A stretch of DNA of 64,000 bases from an uncultured Acidobacteriota bacterium (lineage in GTDB: Bacteria > Acidobacteriota > Thermoanaerobaculia > Gp7-AA8). The notes beneath the pieces were generated by a model. That model saw only the letters and a program-made list of their open reading frames with translations, was not told where the DNA came from and ran no database searches. Positions 1 to 17,205 of the stretch are shown here, in pieces (the first letter of the stretch is position 1; each line of letters opens with the position of its first letter). Where the stretch lies: assembly GCA_963822445.1 (NCBI GenBank), contig CAWGHO010000002.1, forward strand, positions 1,920,001 to 1,984,000, written 5' to 3'. Both the position numbers and the translations under genes were made by a program.

Positions 1-438
1 GAGTCGGTGACGAACGGATTGGCCGAGGCGGGCGATGCGGTGCTGATCGCGGTGCATGATGCGGTGCGGCCGCTGTTCAGCCACGAGATGTTCGCGGCCG
101 TCGTTGCAGCGGCGCGAGAGTTCGGTGCGGCGCTGCCGGTCGTTCCCGTTCCCGACACGATTCACGTGATGACCGATCGCGCCACGGTCGAATCGACACT
201 CGATCGCTCGATGCTCGCCGCGGCGCAGACGCCGCAGTGTTTTCACGCGAACGTCCTGCGCGACATCCTCGAGCGGGCCGGGCGCGAAAAAATCGAAGGC
301 ACGGACGAAGCCGGGCTCGCGGCGCGCTTCGGCTACACGGTGAAAGCTGTTCCCGGCGATCCGCGCAATCTCAAGATCACCGTTCCCGAGGATTTGGCCA
401 TCGCCGAGTCGTACCTCCAGCAGTGGAGCGCGTCGTGA
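1..438 (+). CDS. ispD: 2-C-methyl-D-erythritol 4-phosphate cytidylyltransferase (5' partial)
   Basis: VHDAVRP, QTPQ, TDEA and NLKITVPEDL motifs; directly upstream of ispF. Confidence 0.93.
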   Translation, partial: ESVTNGLAEAGDAVLIAVHDAVRPLFSHEMFAAVVAAAREFGAALPVVPVPDTIHVMTDRATVESTLDRSMLAAAQTPQCFHANVLRDILERAGREKIEGTDEAGLAARFGYTVKAVPGDPRNLKITVPEDLAIAESYLQQWSAS

Positions 439-944
439 TACGAGTCGGTCAGGGCGTCGATATTCATCCCTTCGATCCTGACCGGCCGCTGATCCTCGGC
501 GGCGTGCGCATCAGCGAAACAGGCGGCCTCGCCGGACATTCGGATGCTGACGCGGTGCTGCACGCGGTCACGGACGCGCTTCTCGGTGCCGCGGGCGCGG
601 GTGACATCGGCCGTTACTTTCCGTCCACGGACGAACGCTGGCGCAACGCCGACTCGGCGGTGTTCGTGCGGGAAGCGAAACAGATCCTCGACGAGATGAA
701 CGGCGAGATCTCGAACATCGACATCACCATCGTCGCGCAGCAGCCGAAGCTCGCGCCGCACCGCGCGGCGCTGGTCACGTCGGTCGCGAATCTTCTGGGC
801 CTGCCCGAAAGCCGCGTGAACGTGAAAGCAACGACCACCGATCACCTCGGATTCGTCGGACGCGGCGAAGGCATCTGCGCGATGGCCATCGCGGCGGTTG
901 TCATCCCGAGCGCAGTCGAGGGATCTGGCCGGGTGGCTCGATGA
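435..944 (+). CDS. ispF: 2-C-methyl-D-erythritol 2,4-cyclodiphosphate synthase
   Basis: RVGQGVDIH, GHSDADAVLHA, GDIG, VNVKATT; GTG start overlaps the ispD stop; C-terminus runs into a palindromic repeat. Confidence 0.95.
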   Translation: MIRVGQGVDIHPFDPDRPLILGGVRISETGGLAGHSDADAVLHAVTDALLGAAGAGDIGRYFPSTDERWRNADSAVFVREAKQILDEMNGEISNIDITIVAQQPKLAPHRAALVTSVANLLGLPESRVNVKATTTDHLGFVGRGEGICAMAIAAVVIPSAVEGSGRVAR

Positions 945-982
945 CGGTGCCACCAGATCCCTCGACTTCGCTCGGGATGACA
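899..982. repeat. REP-like palindromic element overlapping the ispF end and gltX start
   Basis: 30-nt inverted arms TGTCATCCCGAGCGCAGTCGAGGGATCTGG / CCAGATCCCTCGACTTCGCTCGGGATGACA. Confidence 0.85.
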
Positions 983-2335
983 TCCGTCCGCGTCCGCTTC
1001 GCCCCTTCGCCCACCGGGCACCTCCACGTCGGTGGCGCGCGCACGGCGATTTTCAACTGGCTCTTCGCGAAGCATCACAACGGCAAGTTCATCATCCGCG
1101 TCGAAGACACCGATCAGGCGCGGTCGACGCGCGAGTCGGAGCAGATGGTCCTCGACGATCTGCGCTGGCTCGGCCTTGATTGGGATGAAGGACCCTATCG
1201 CCAGAGCGAGCGACTCGACCTGTACGCTGGTTTCGGACGCGAGCTGATCGAGCGCGGCGTTGCGTATCGCTGCTACTGCACGGAGGAGGAGCTCGATGCC
1301 AAGCGCAAACAGGCGGAGCTAGACGGGCGGCCGCCCCATTACGACCTCAAGTGCTGGATCAACCGGCGTGACGACGATGCGCCGCACGCGATCCGCTTCC
1401 ACGTTCCTGACGACGGGGACGTGACCATCGTCGATGTCATCCGCGGCGAGATCACCTGGCGCAAGGAGTCGCTCGGCGACTTCATCCTCATCCGATCGGA
1501 CGGTTTTCCGATCTACAACTTCTGCGTCGTCGCCGACGACCACGACATGGACATCACGCACGTCATTCGCGCGGAAGAGCACCTCACCAACACGCATCGT
1601 CAGGTTCTCATCTACCGGGCGATGGGTTGGGACGTTCCGCGCTTCGCCCACGTTTCGCTGATCCTCGGTCAGGATCGAACGAAGCTCTCCAAGCGTCACG
1701 GCGCAACGTCGGTCAGCGCGTATGCCGACGAGGGCTACCTGCCGGACGCGATGCTCAACTACCTCGCTCTCCTCGGCTGGTCGTCATCGGAAGGCGTGGA
1801 GGTTTTCTCGCGCGAGTACGCCGTCAAGAACTTCTCACTCGATCGCGTGAATGCCGCGCCGGCGGTGTTCGATCCGCAGAAGTTCGAGTGGTTGAACGGC
1901 CAGTACGTGCATGCGATGAGCGCGGCGGAGCTCGCGCCGCTCGTGCGCCGGTTCTTCGATGCGCCGTGGCTCGAGGAAGGAATCGACGTCGTAAAGACCA
2001 GCGTGCATCGGCTCACCGAGTTCGGTTCCGCGCTGAGCTTCGTCAGCGGCTACACGCCGCCGGCGATCGAGCGCGAGTTCGCGGTGAAGCTCGCTGAGGA
2101 TTTGCGCGCGAATGGCTCGCCGACGGATGAGGCGAGCTACAAGGCGATGGTCGAGCGGCTGAAGACATCGACCGGGCTGAAGGGCAAGGCGCTGTTCATG
2201 CCGTTGCGGCTGGCGATCACGGGACTCGAGCATGGGCCGGAGCTCGTGCGCTCGATTCCGCTGATCGAGCACGCCAGCAAGGTCGATCCGCGCGTTCTGT
2301 CGCCGCTGGCTCGAGCAGAGCAATGTATCGCCTGA
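941..2335 (+). CDS. gltX: glutamate--tRNA ligase (alternative start ATG 977)
   Basis: RFAPSPTGHLHVGG (HIGH), KLSKR (KMSKS), anticodon-binding C-terminal domain. Confidence 0.95.
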   Translation: MTVPPDPSTSLGMTSVRVRFAPSPTGHLHVGGARTAIFNWLFAKHHNGKFIIRVEDTDQARSTRESEQMVLDDLRWLGLDWDEGPYRQSERLDLYAGFGRELIERGVAYRCYCTEEELDAKRKQAELDGRPPHYDLKCWINRRDDDAPHAIRFHVPDDGDVTIVDVIRGEITWRKESLGDFILIRSDGFPIYNFCVVADDHDMDITHVIRAEEHLTNTHRQVLIYRAMGWDVPRFAHVSLILGQDRTKLSKRHGATSVSAYADEGYLPDAMLNYLALLGWSSSEGVEVFSREYAVKNFSLDRVNAAPAVFDPQKFEWLNGQYVHAMSAAELAPLVRRFFDAPWLEEGIDVVKTSVHRLTEFGSALSFVSGYTPPAIEREFAVKLAEDLRANGSPTDEASYKAMVERLKTSTGLKGKALFMPLRLAITGLEHGPELVRSIPLIEHASKVDPRVLSPLARAEQCIA

Positions 2336-3291
2336 TCCGCCGCGCGCTCTTCGCGCTCGAACCCGAGGCGGCGCACGAGTGGACCAGCGAGCAGATCCAG
2401 CACCTGCAGCAGATCCCTCTCGTGCTGCGGATGATCGAGCGGGTCTACCGCACGCCCCCGAAACCGCGGACCCTTTTCGGCCTCACCTTCAACTCGCCGA
2501 TCGGCATCGCCGGCGGCTTCGACAAGAACGCCGCGATGATGCCGTTCCTCGCCGCCCTCGGCTTCGGTTTCCTGGAAGTCGGAACGGTCACGCTGAAGCC
2601 GCAGGCCGGCAATCCTCGTCCGCGCCTTTTTCGCTATCCGAAAGAACAGGCGCTGATCAACCGCCTCGGATTCAACAACGACGGCGCCGATGCCGTGGCC
2701 GCGCGACTGAAATCGTGGCCGCGAACCGTTCCGGTTTTCGTCAACGTCGGCAAGAACCGCGACGTACCGCTCGAAGGGGCGGTCGAGTCGTATGTCGAGT
2801 GCTACCGCCGCGTCGCGCCGCACGCCGATGCAGCGGTGTTGAATTTGTCGTCGCCCAACACGCCGGGGCTGCGCGACCTGCAACGGCCCGAGCATGTCGA
2901 AGCGCTGCTGAATGCCCTGCCGCGCGTCGGACCGGTGTTGATCAAGATCGCGCCGGACCTCGACGAAAGCCAGATCGCCGAAATCGCCGCGGTCTGCGCG
3001 AACAAAGCCGACGGCATGATCTGCACGAACACCACCCTCGATCGCCTGCCGGGCATGAACGAGGCAGGGGGGCTTTCGGGCAAGCCGTTAATGGCGAAGT
3101 CGACGAAGGTGCTGGCGCAGGTGCGGAAGGCGGTCGGCGACGACTACCCGCTCATCGGCGTCGGCGGCGTGTTCACCGCCGATGATGTGCGGGCGAAGGT
3201 GGATGCGGGGGCGAATCTGGTGCAGATCTACACATCCTTTATCTATGAAGGGCCGGGAATCGTGAAAACTCTGGTGCGCGCATGCCAGTAG
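2323..3291 (+). CDS. pyrD: quinone-dependent dihydroorotate dehydrogenase
   Basis: AGGFDKN, GNPRPRLFR, NRLGFNN, NLSSPNTPGLR, GGLSGKP. Confidence 0.95.
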   Translation: MYRLIRRALFALEPEAAHEWTSEQIQHLQQIPLVLRMIERVYRTPPKPRTLFGLTFNSPIGIAGGFDKNAAMMPFLAALGFGFLEVGTVTLKPQAGNPRPRLFRYPKEQALINRLGFNNDGADAVAARLKSWPRTVPVFVNVGKNRDVPLEGAVESYVECYRRVAPHADAAVLNLSSPNTPGLRDLQRPEHVEALLNALPRVGPVLIKIAPDLDESQIAEIAAVCANKADGMICTNTTLDRLPGMNEAGGLSGKPLMAKSTKVLAQVRKAVGDDYPLIGVGGVFTADDVRAKVDAGANLVQIYTSFIYEGPGIVKTLVRACQ

Positions 3292-3294
3292 TTC

Positions 3295-3407
3295 ATCCTT
3301 CGGCGCGCAGCGCCGGAGGATCTACGGTTACACCGGCAGGATCACGCATGTGGGCAGCAGTCGCGCGGTATAGCCGGAGATCCTCCGGCGCTGACGCGCC
3401 GAAGGAT
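3295..3407. repeat. REP-like palindromic element
   Basis: Arms ATCCTTCGGCGCGCAGCGCCGGAGGATCT / AGATCCTCCGGCGCTGACGCGCCGAAGGAT; same TCATCC...GGATCT/AGATCC architecture as 899-982. Confidence 0.8.
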
Positions 3408-3421
3408 AGACTCGAAAAAGC

Positions 3422-4135
3422 ATGATCGTTTACGGAGCGAACCCCGTCCTCGAAGCCATCCGCGCCGACCCTCGCCGGGTCCGGTTCGTGGCCGTGGCCC
3501 GGGAGAACAGCGGGCGGCATCAGCGGATTGTGGCCGAGGCGAAGGAGGCGGATGTGGCTGTGCGGATCCTGCCTTCGAACCAGATCGACAAGATGGCAGG
3601 CCGGGTCGTGCACAACGGCGTGGTGGCCGAGGTTTCCGAGACGGCGTACGCGGACTTTGATGAGGTCGTGGGCCAGGATGAGACGACCTTCGTCCTGATC
3701 CTGGACGGCATCACCGACCCGCAGAACTTCGGGGCGATTCTGAGGGTCGCGGATGGGTTCGGCGTGCATCTGGTCGTGCTCCCCCAGCACGAGAGCGTCG
3801 GCCTGACTCCCGCCGCGGTGAAAGCCTCGGCCGGGGCGGCGCAGTGGGTCGCGGTCGCGCACGTCACGAACCTTTCCCGGGCCATCGAGACCCTGAAGGA
3901 AAAGGGATTCTGGGTTTACGCCGCGGCCGCGGATGGGGATCACGCCGCGAAGATCGACTTCACCGGCAAAGTCGCGCTCGTCATGGGAAGCGAGGGGAAG
4001 GGGGTCCGGCGGAACGTTCTGGACCACTGCGACCGGACCATTTCCATCCCCATGTTCGGGCACGTCGACTCCTTCAATGTCGCGTCCGCCGCGGCGGTTT
4101 TGTGCTACGAGGTCGTCCGGCAAACCCGGAATTAA
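3422..4135 (+). CDS. rlmB: 23S rRNA (guanosine-2'-O)-methyltransferase RlmB (SpoU family)
   Basis: LDGITDPQNFGAILR, KASAGA, MGSEGKG, IPMFGHVDSFNVA. Confidence 0.9.
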   Translation: MIVYGANPVLEAIRADPRRVRFVAVARENSGRHQRIVAEAKEADVAVRILPSNQIDKMAGRVVHNGVVAEVSETAYADFDEVVGQDETTFVLILDGITDPQNFGAILRVADGFGVHLVVLPQHESVGLTPAAVKASAGAAQWVAVAHVTNLSRAIETLKEKGFWVYAAAADGDHAAKIDFTGKVALVMGSEGKGVRRNVLDHCDRTISIPMFGHVDSFNVASAAAVLCYEVVRQTRN

Positions 4136-4142
4136 GAGGCAC

Positions 4143-4171
4143 TTGCACGCGGTTTGGCCATCTGCTATAAC
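4143..4171 (+). promoter_or_regulatory. sigma70-type promoter of the tRNA cluster
   Basis: TTGCAC-17 nt-TATAAC with TGn extension. Confidence 0.6.
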
Positions 4172-4258
4172 CCGCAGTTCCTCGGCCGCGCCGGCAGCAG
4201 TCTCACCCTCTGCAACATCGGTATTGGCTGATTGTGTCTTTGAAATCATAGGTTTGGC

Positions 4259-4334
4259 GCTGGCATAGCTCAGTTGGTAGAGCAGCTGATTTGTAATCAG
4301 CAGGTCGCGGGTTCGAGTCCCGTCGCCAGCTCCA
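4259..4334 (+). tRNA. tRNA-Thr(TGT)
   Basis: Cloverleaf, anticodon arm CTGAT-TTGTAA-TCAG, GTTCGAG T-loop, encoded CCA. Confidence 0.95.
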
Positions 4335-4349
4335 GAGCGGCTCCAAACC

Positions 4350-4437
4350 GGAGAGATGGCTGAGCGGCTAAAAGCAGCAGACTGTAAATCTGCCGGGTCC
4401 ATGACCTACGGAGGTTCGAATCCTCCTCTCTCCACCA
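4350..4437 (+). tRNA. tRNA-Tyr(GTA)
   Basis: Anticodon loop CTGTAAA, long variable arm, CCA. Confidence 0.96.
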
Positions 4438-4453
4438 GAGCAGCGTAAAAAAC

Positions 4454-4529
4454 GCGGGAGTAACTCAGTTGGTAGAGTCACAGCCTTCCAAGCTGTTGGT
4501 CGCGGGTTCGAATCCCGTCTCCCGCTCCA
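4454..4529 (+). tRNA. tRNA-Gly(TCC)
   Basis: GCGGGAG acceptor, loop CTTCCAA, CCA. Confidence 0.96.
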
Positions 4530-4542
4530 AACGAAGCAGTAA

Positions 4543-4617
4543 GCCCTCGTAGCTCAGGGGTAGAGCACGTCCTTGGTAAGGACGGGGTCACCAGTTCAAA
4601 TCTGGTCGAGGGCTCCA
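4543..4617 (+). tRNA. tRNA-Thr(GGT)
   Basis: GCCCTCG/CGAGGGC acceptor, loop TTGGTAA, CCA. Confidence 0.95.
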
Positions 4618-4658
4618 CCAATCAGCGGCACCAAACTCATCACAGAGGCGGCAACACC

Positions 4659-4817
4659 ATGGCGGCAACGCGCGAGATCATCACGCTCCAGTGCACCGAG
4701 TGCAAACGGCGGAACTACACCACCACGAAGAACAAGAAGACGACCACCGAGAAGCTCGAGCTGAAGAAGTTCTGCCGGCACGAGCGGAAGCGGACGGTCC
4801 ATCGCGAGACGAAATAG
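4659..4817 (+). CDS. rpmG: 50S ribosomal protein L33 (not in ORF track)
   Basis: Manual translation [52 protein letters not shown]; canonical position before tRNA-Trp/secE. Confidence 0.95.
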   Translation: MAATREIITLQCTECKRRNYTTTKNKKTTTEKLELKKFCRHERKRTVHRETK

Positions 4818-4868
4818 CAGGGAATTAAACGAGAAAGCTCCGCTTTCTCAGCAGTTTGCGGCAAATGT

Positions 4869-4944
4869 AGGCCAATAGCTCAATTGGTAGAGCAGCGGTC
4901 TCCAAAACCGCAGGTTGGGGGTTCGAGTCCCTCTTGGCCTGCCA
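4869..4944 (+). tRNA. tRNA-Trp(CCA)
   Basis: AGGCCAA/TTGGCCT acceptor, loop CTCCAAA, CCA. Confidence 0.96.
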
Positions 4945-4965
4945 AATCCTGAAGAAGAAGCTTGC

Positions 4966-5036
4966 AGCCATCAGCTCTCAGCTCGCAGGGAGAAAGCCTT
5001 CCCCTGTGGGCTGAGAGCTGCCGGCTGAGGGCTGAA
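4966..5036. repeat. inverted heptamer-type repeat (CAGCTCT / GCTGAGA units)
   Basis: CAGCCATCAGCTCTCAGCTC ... GGGCTGAGAGCTGCCGGCTGAGGGCTG between tRNA-Trp and secE. Confidence 0.55.
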
Positions 5037-5044
5037 GGGTATTC

Positions 5045-5298
5045 ATGGCACCGGAAGTCGACAAAGACAACGCAGTCGTCGCAAGCCGAAGCAGTGGTGG
5101 CTCGCGACCAAAGAGTTCTTCCGAGACACGAACTCGGAAATGCAGAAGGTCACCTGGCCGAGCAAGAACGAGGTCGTCGGCACGACCGTCGTGGTCATCG
5201 TGGCCACGCTCGTGTTCGCGCTCTTCCTCTGGGGCTGCGACCTCGTCTTCTACAAGGCCATCGATTTTCTCTTCACCCGTTTCGGAGCGAGCACCTAA
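5045..5298 (+). CDS. secE: preprotein translocase SecE (apparent frameshift near 5082)
   Basis: Second frame reads KPKQWWLATKEFFRDTNSEMQKVTWPSKNEVVGTTVVVIV...; ATG 5045 is out of frame by one base. Confidence 0.88.
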
Positions 5299-5301
5299 TC
5301 A

Positions 5302-5889
5302 ATGGTCGAAGCGACGACGCAGAAGCAGTGGTACATCGTCCACACCTACTCCGGTTTCGAGGAGCGGGTGAAGGAGAACCTCACCCAGCGCATCGACGCC
5401 CTCGGCATGCGCGAGAAGTTCGGCGAGATCAAGATCCCGACCGAGACGCTCGTGGAGATGAAGGGCGGCAAGAAGCGCGAGGTGCAGCGCAAATTCTTCC
5501 CCGGCTACATCCTCGTGGAGATGGAGATGTCGGACGACGCCTGGCATCTCGTCAAGAACACTCCCAAGGTGACCGGCTTCGTCGGCACGGGCAAGAAGCC
5601 GACGCCGCTGACGCAGGAAGAGGTCGACCAGATCCTCAGCCAGGTCGTCACCACCAAGGAAAAGCCGAAACCGAAGCACGTTTACGAGCACGGCGAGCAC
5701 GTCCGCATCATCGACGGCCCGTTCACGAACTTCACCGGCGTGGTCGAAGAGGTCAACCTCGACCGCAACACTCTCAAGGTCATGGTCACGATCTTCGGCC
5801 GCTCCACTCCGGTCGAGCTGGACTTCCTGCAGGTCGCCCGTTACGACGCGGCCGAGGAACAGGCCGGCGGCGCCCAGAAGACGCGATAA
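5302..5889 (+). CDS. nusG: transcription termination/antitermination factor NusG
   Basis: [22 protein letters not shown] motif, [10 protein letters not shown]. Confidence 0.97.
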   Translation: MVEATTQKQWYIVHTYSGFEERVKENLTQRIDALGMREKFGEIKIPTETLVEMKGGKKREVQRKFFPGYILVEMEMSDDAWHLVKNTPKVTGFVGTGKKPTPLTQEEVDQILSQVVTTKEKPKPKHVYEHGEHVRIIDGPFTNFTGVVEEVNLDRNTLKVMVTIFGRSTPVELDFLQVARYDAAEEQAGGAQKTR

Positions 5890-5932
5890 ACGATTACAAA
5901 TTAACGCGAGCAATTAGCGCGAAGGATTCACG

Positions 5933-6358
5933 ATGGCTAAAAAGATTACTGGTTACATCAAGCTTCAGATCCCGGCCGGACAGGCCACTCCCGCTCCCCC
6001 GGTCGGCCCGGCCCTCGGCCAGCACGGCGTGAACATCATGGAGTTCTGCAAGACCTTCAATGCTCGCACCGCCAAGGACCAGGGGCTGATCATCCCGGTC
6101 GTGATCACGGTCTTCTCCGACCGCACGTTCACGTTCATCACCAAGACCCCGCCCGCGTCGATCCTTCTGCTGAAGGCGGCCGGCATCCAGAAGGGGTCCG
6201 GCGTGCCGAACAAGACCAAGATCGGCAAGGTCACCCGCAAGCAGGTCGAAGAGATCGCGCGTCTGAAGATGCCCGACCTCAACGCCGCCAGCGTCGAGGC
6301 GGCCATGAAGACCGTCGAGGGCACGGCGCGCTCGATGGGGATGGAAATCGTCGATTAG
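5933..6358 (+). CDS. rplK: 50S ribosomal protein L11
   Basis: [30 protein letters not shown]. Confidence 0.98.
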   Translation: MAKKITGYIKLQIPAGQATPAPPVGPALGQHGVNIMEFCKTFNARTAKDQGLIIPVVITVFSDRTFTFITKTPPASILLLKAAGIQKGSGVPNKTKIGKVTRKQVEEIARLKMPDLNAASVEAAMKTVEGTARSMGMEIVD

Positions 6359-6361
6359 TTC

Positions 6362-6436
6362 GGTAGGCAGTAGGCAGTAGGCGGTAGGCAGGAGAGACCG
6401 GTTTTCCTGCCTACCGCCTACTGCCTACCGCCTACT
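6362..6436. repeat. inverted tandem heptamer repeat (GTAGGCR)4 / (YGCCTAC)4
   Basis: GGTAGGCAGTAGGCAGTAGGCGGTAGGCAGGA...TCCTGCCTACCGCCTACTGCCTACCGCCTAC forms a long hairpin. Confidence 0.85.
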
Positions 6437-6469
6437 AAGAGGCGCGACAGCGCGTAGCTGTCGCAAATG

Positions 6470-6502
6470 TGTAGGAGGCTCGAAAGAGCCGCTAAAACTA
6501 CA
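6470..6502 (+). promoter_or_regulatory. putative ribosomal protein L1-binding mRNA element
   Basis: TGTAG-GA-GGCTC(GAAA)GAGCC-GCTAAAA-CTACA two-stem internal loop just before the rplA SD. Confidence 0.7.
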
Positions 6503-6511
6503 AGGAGAGAT

Positions 6512-7213
6512 ATGGCCAAACACGGCAAGAAGTATCGTGCTGCGGCTGAGAAGGTCGAACAGCGACCGTACAAGCTGGACGAGGCCTTCGGTCTGCTCAA
6601 GCAGATCGCGTATGCCAAGTTCAATGAGACGGTCGAGTTGTCGATGCTTCTCGGTGTCGATCCCAAGCACGCCGATCAGATGGTCCGGGGAACGACCGTG
6701 CTTCCGCACGGAACCGGCCAGACCAAGCGCGTGCTCGTGATTGCCCAGGGCGAAAAGCAGCGTGAGGCGCAGGAAGCCGGCGCAGACATCGTCGGAGGTG
6801 ACGAGATCGTCGAGAAGATCCAGGGTGGTTGGGTCGACTTCGATGCGGTCATCGCCACACCGGACATGATGCGCTCGGTCGGTAAGCTCGGTAAGGTCCT
6901 CGGTCCCCGTGGACTGATGCCGAACCCGAAGACCGGCACCGTCACGTTCGACGTCGCCAAGGCGCTTCAGGAGATCAAGGCCGGCAAGGTGGAGTTCCGC
7001 GTCGACAAGACCGCGATCATCCACGTCCCGGTCGGCAAGATCTCGTTTTCCGCCGATCAGCTGAAGGACAACGCTTCAGCGATCATCAACGCCGTTCGCA
7101 AGGCGAAGCCCGCCGCTGCGAAGGGCAAGTACGTCAGGTCCATCTACATCTCGTCCACCATGAGCCCGTCGGTCCAGATCGACACGGCCGTGGCTGAGAC
7201 CAAGGCGGAGTGA
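6512..7213 (+). CDS. rplA: 50S ribosomal protein L1
   Basis: [33 protein letters not shown]; SD AAGGAG. Confidence 0.98.
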   Translation: MAKHGKKYRAAAEKVEQRPYKLDEAFGLLKQIAYAKFNETVELSMLLGVDPKHADQMVRGTTVLPHGTGQTKRVLVIAQGEKQREAQEAGADIVGGDEIVEKIQGGWVDFDAVIATPDMMRSVGKLGKVLGPRGLMPNPKTGTVTFDVAKALQEIKAGKVEFRVDKTAIIHVPVGKISFSADQLKDNASAIINAVRKAKPAAAKGKYVRSIYISSTMSPSVQIDTAVAETKAE

Positions 7214-7215
7214 GC

Positions 7216-7743
7216 ATGAAGAATCGCGAACAGAAAGCAGAAGCGATCTCCCAGTTCACCGAAGGCATCGGTTCCGCGACGAACGCGTTCGTCCTCGATT
7301 TCAAGGGCATCACCGTTCCTCAGGTCACCGAGCTGCGCCGCCAGATCCGCGAGACGGGTTCCGAGTACGTGGTCATCAAGAACACGCTCGCTCTCATCGC
7401 GGTGAAGGACACCCCGCTCACCAAGCTCACCGGACACTTCCAGGGCATGACTGCCGTGGCCTACAACGCCACCGACGCGGTTGCGCTCGCGAAGGTGCTG
7501 ACCAAGTTCGCCAAGGACGTCCCCACCGTGCAGTTCAAGGGCGCTCTTCTCGGCGGTCAGCCGGTTCCGGCGAGCGAGATCCAGAACATCGCCAATCTGC
7601 CGTCGCGCGACGAGCTGATTGCCAAGGTTCTGTACCTCATGCAGCACCCCATCCGCGGCCTCGCGGTCGTTCTCAACGGCACGATCCGGAACTTTGCGGT
7701 CGTGCTCGACCAGATTGCTAAACAGAAAGAGACGGCTGCTTAG
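7216..7743 (+). CDS. rplJ: 50S ribosomal protein L10
   Basis: [23 protein letters not shown]. Confidence 0.96.
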   Translation: MKNREQKAEAISQFTEGIGSATNAFVLDFKGITVPQVTELRRQIRETGSEYVVIKNTLALIAVKDTPLTKLTGHFQGMTAVAYNATDAVALAKVLTKFAKDVPTVQFKGALLGGQPVPASEIQNIANLPSRDELIAKVLYLMQHPIRGLAVVLNGTIRNFAVVLDQIAKQKETAA

Positions 7744-7772
7744 GGCGGCCTCAAGATAAAACTGGAGGAAAA

Positions 7773-8156
7773 ATGGCTATTTCTACTGATGATTTCGTGA
7801 AGCAGATTGAGACGATGACGGTGCTCGACCTGGCCAATCTGGTCAAGGCCCTCGAGGATCGCTTCGGTGTTTCCGCCGCCGCGGCCGTGGCTGCGGCCCC
7901 GGCAGCGGGTGGTCCGGTTGCGGCTGCCGCTCCGGCCGAGGAGCAGACGGAGTTCACCGTCACCCTCAGCGAAGTCGGCGACAAGAAGATCAACGTCATC
8001 AAGGCAGTCCGCGAAGTGACGTCGCTCGGCCTGAAGGAAGCGAAGGACCTCGTCGAAGGCGCGCCTCAGACCGTGAAGGAAGGCGTGACCAAGGAAGAGG
8101 CCGAGAAGATCAAGAAGGTCTTCGAGGAAGCCGGCGCCAAGGTCACCATCAAGTAA
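7773..8156 (+). CDS. rplL: 50S ribosomal protein L7/L12
   Basis: [28 protein letters not shown]. Confidence 0.98.
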   Translation: MAISTDDFVKQIETMTVLDLANLVKALEDRFGVSAAAAVAAAPAAGGPVAAAAPAEEQTEFTVTLSEVGDKKINVIKAVREVTSLGLKEAKDLVEGAPQTVKEGVTKEEAEKIKKVFEEAGAKVTIK

Positions 8157-8172
8157 GTATCGAAGTTTTGTA

Positions 8173-8216
8173 CGGTTCCGGGCGGTGTTCATGCATCGCC
8201 CGGAATCGGCGTTTTT
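8173..8216 (+). terminator. hairpin plus T-tract between rplL and rpoB (terminator/attenuator)
   Basis: CGGTTCCGGGCGGTG...CATCGCCCGGAATCG followed by GCGTTTTT. Confidence 0.55.
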
Positions 8217-8334
8217 GCCTCGCGGGTCTGAAAGGGGGGGAGCGGCCCTTTCACATAGACCCACCCATCGCGTACTCCATCGTGCGTTGCCTGCACGGTG
8301 GCCTCGCCTGACGCGACATTAGGAGTCCATTCGA

Positions 8335-12625
<4,291 letters not shown>

Positions 12626-12628
12626 CCG

Positions 12629-12817
12629 ATGCGACGCAGAGTCACACCGCTGTCGAGGATGCCGAACGCCGATTGCCGTGCCTGTCACGGCATGGGCTCG
12701 GTGCGGATGACCGCGCACTTTTACACGGGCGACCACGAGTTCGAGGCCCCGTGCTGGGAGTGCTTCGGCAGCGACGTGAAACTGCAGTTCCCGCATCCCC
12801 CGACTTCCGATAACTGA
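12629..12817 (+). CDS. small putative zinc-finger protein between rpoB and rpoC (alternative start 12659)
   Basis: CRACHGMG (CxxCxGxG) ... PCWECFG; fills the intergenic gap on the operon strand. Confidence 0.6.
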   Translation: MRRRVTPLSRMPNADCRACHGMGSVRMTAHFYTGDHEFEAPCWECFGSDVKLQFPHPPTSDN

Positions 12818-12852
12818 TTCGAACGAATTCGTCCCTACAAGGGAGGCGCAAA

Positions 12853-17094
<4,242 letters not shown>

Positions 17095-17116
17095 GCGTCA
17101 ATCTTTGCCTTACTGT

Positions 17117-17146
17117 GAACGGCGGCCGAAAGGCCGCCGTTCTTTT
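17117..17146 (+). terminator. rho-independent terminator of rpoBC
   Basis: GAACGGCGGCC-GAAA-GGCCGCCGTTC-TTTT. Confidence 0.85.
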
Positions 17147-17205
17147 CTCTCTGCGCGCTCCGTGGCGGTCGGCGCCGGTAAACTGCAGGCCGGTAGGCGA
17201 CAAGG

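Noticed and set aside
4259-4334. A7:C66 mismatch in the tRNA-Thr(TGT) acceptor stem as an editing signal
   Set aside because: Single-base observation in an error-prone sequence; such mismatches are also tolerated.
3293-4402. 369-aa minus-strand ORF across rlmB and tRNAs
   Set aside because: Antisense to rlmB and tRNA genes; spurious.
5045-5298. secE pseudogene
   Set aside because: Essential gene with an intact KVTWP motif and TM segment; a single indel is most likely a sequencing error.
6362-6436. CRISPR-like array
   Set aside because: 7-nt tandem units without spacers and no cas genes.
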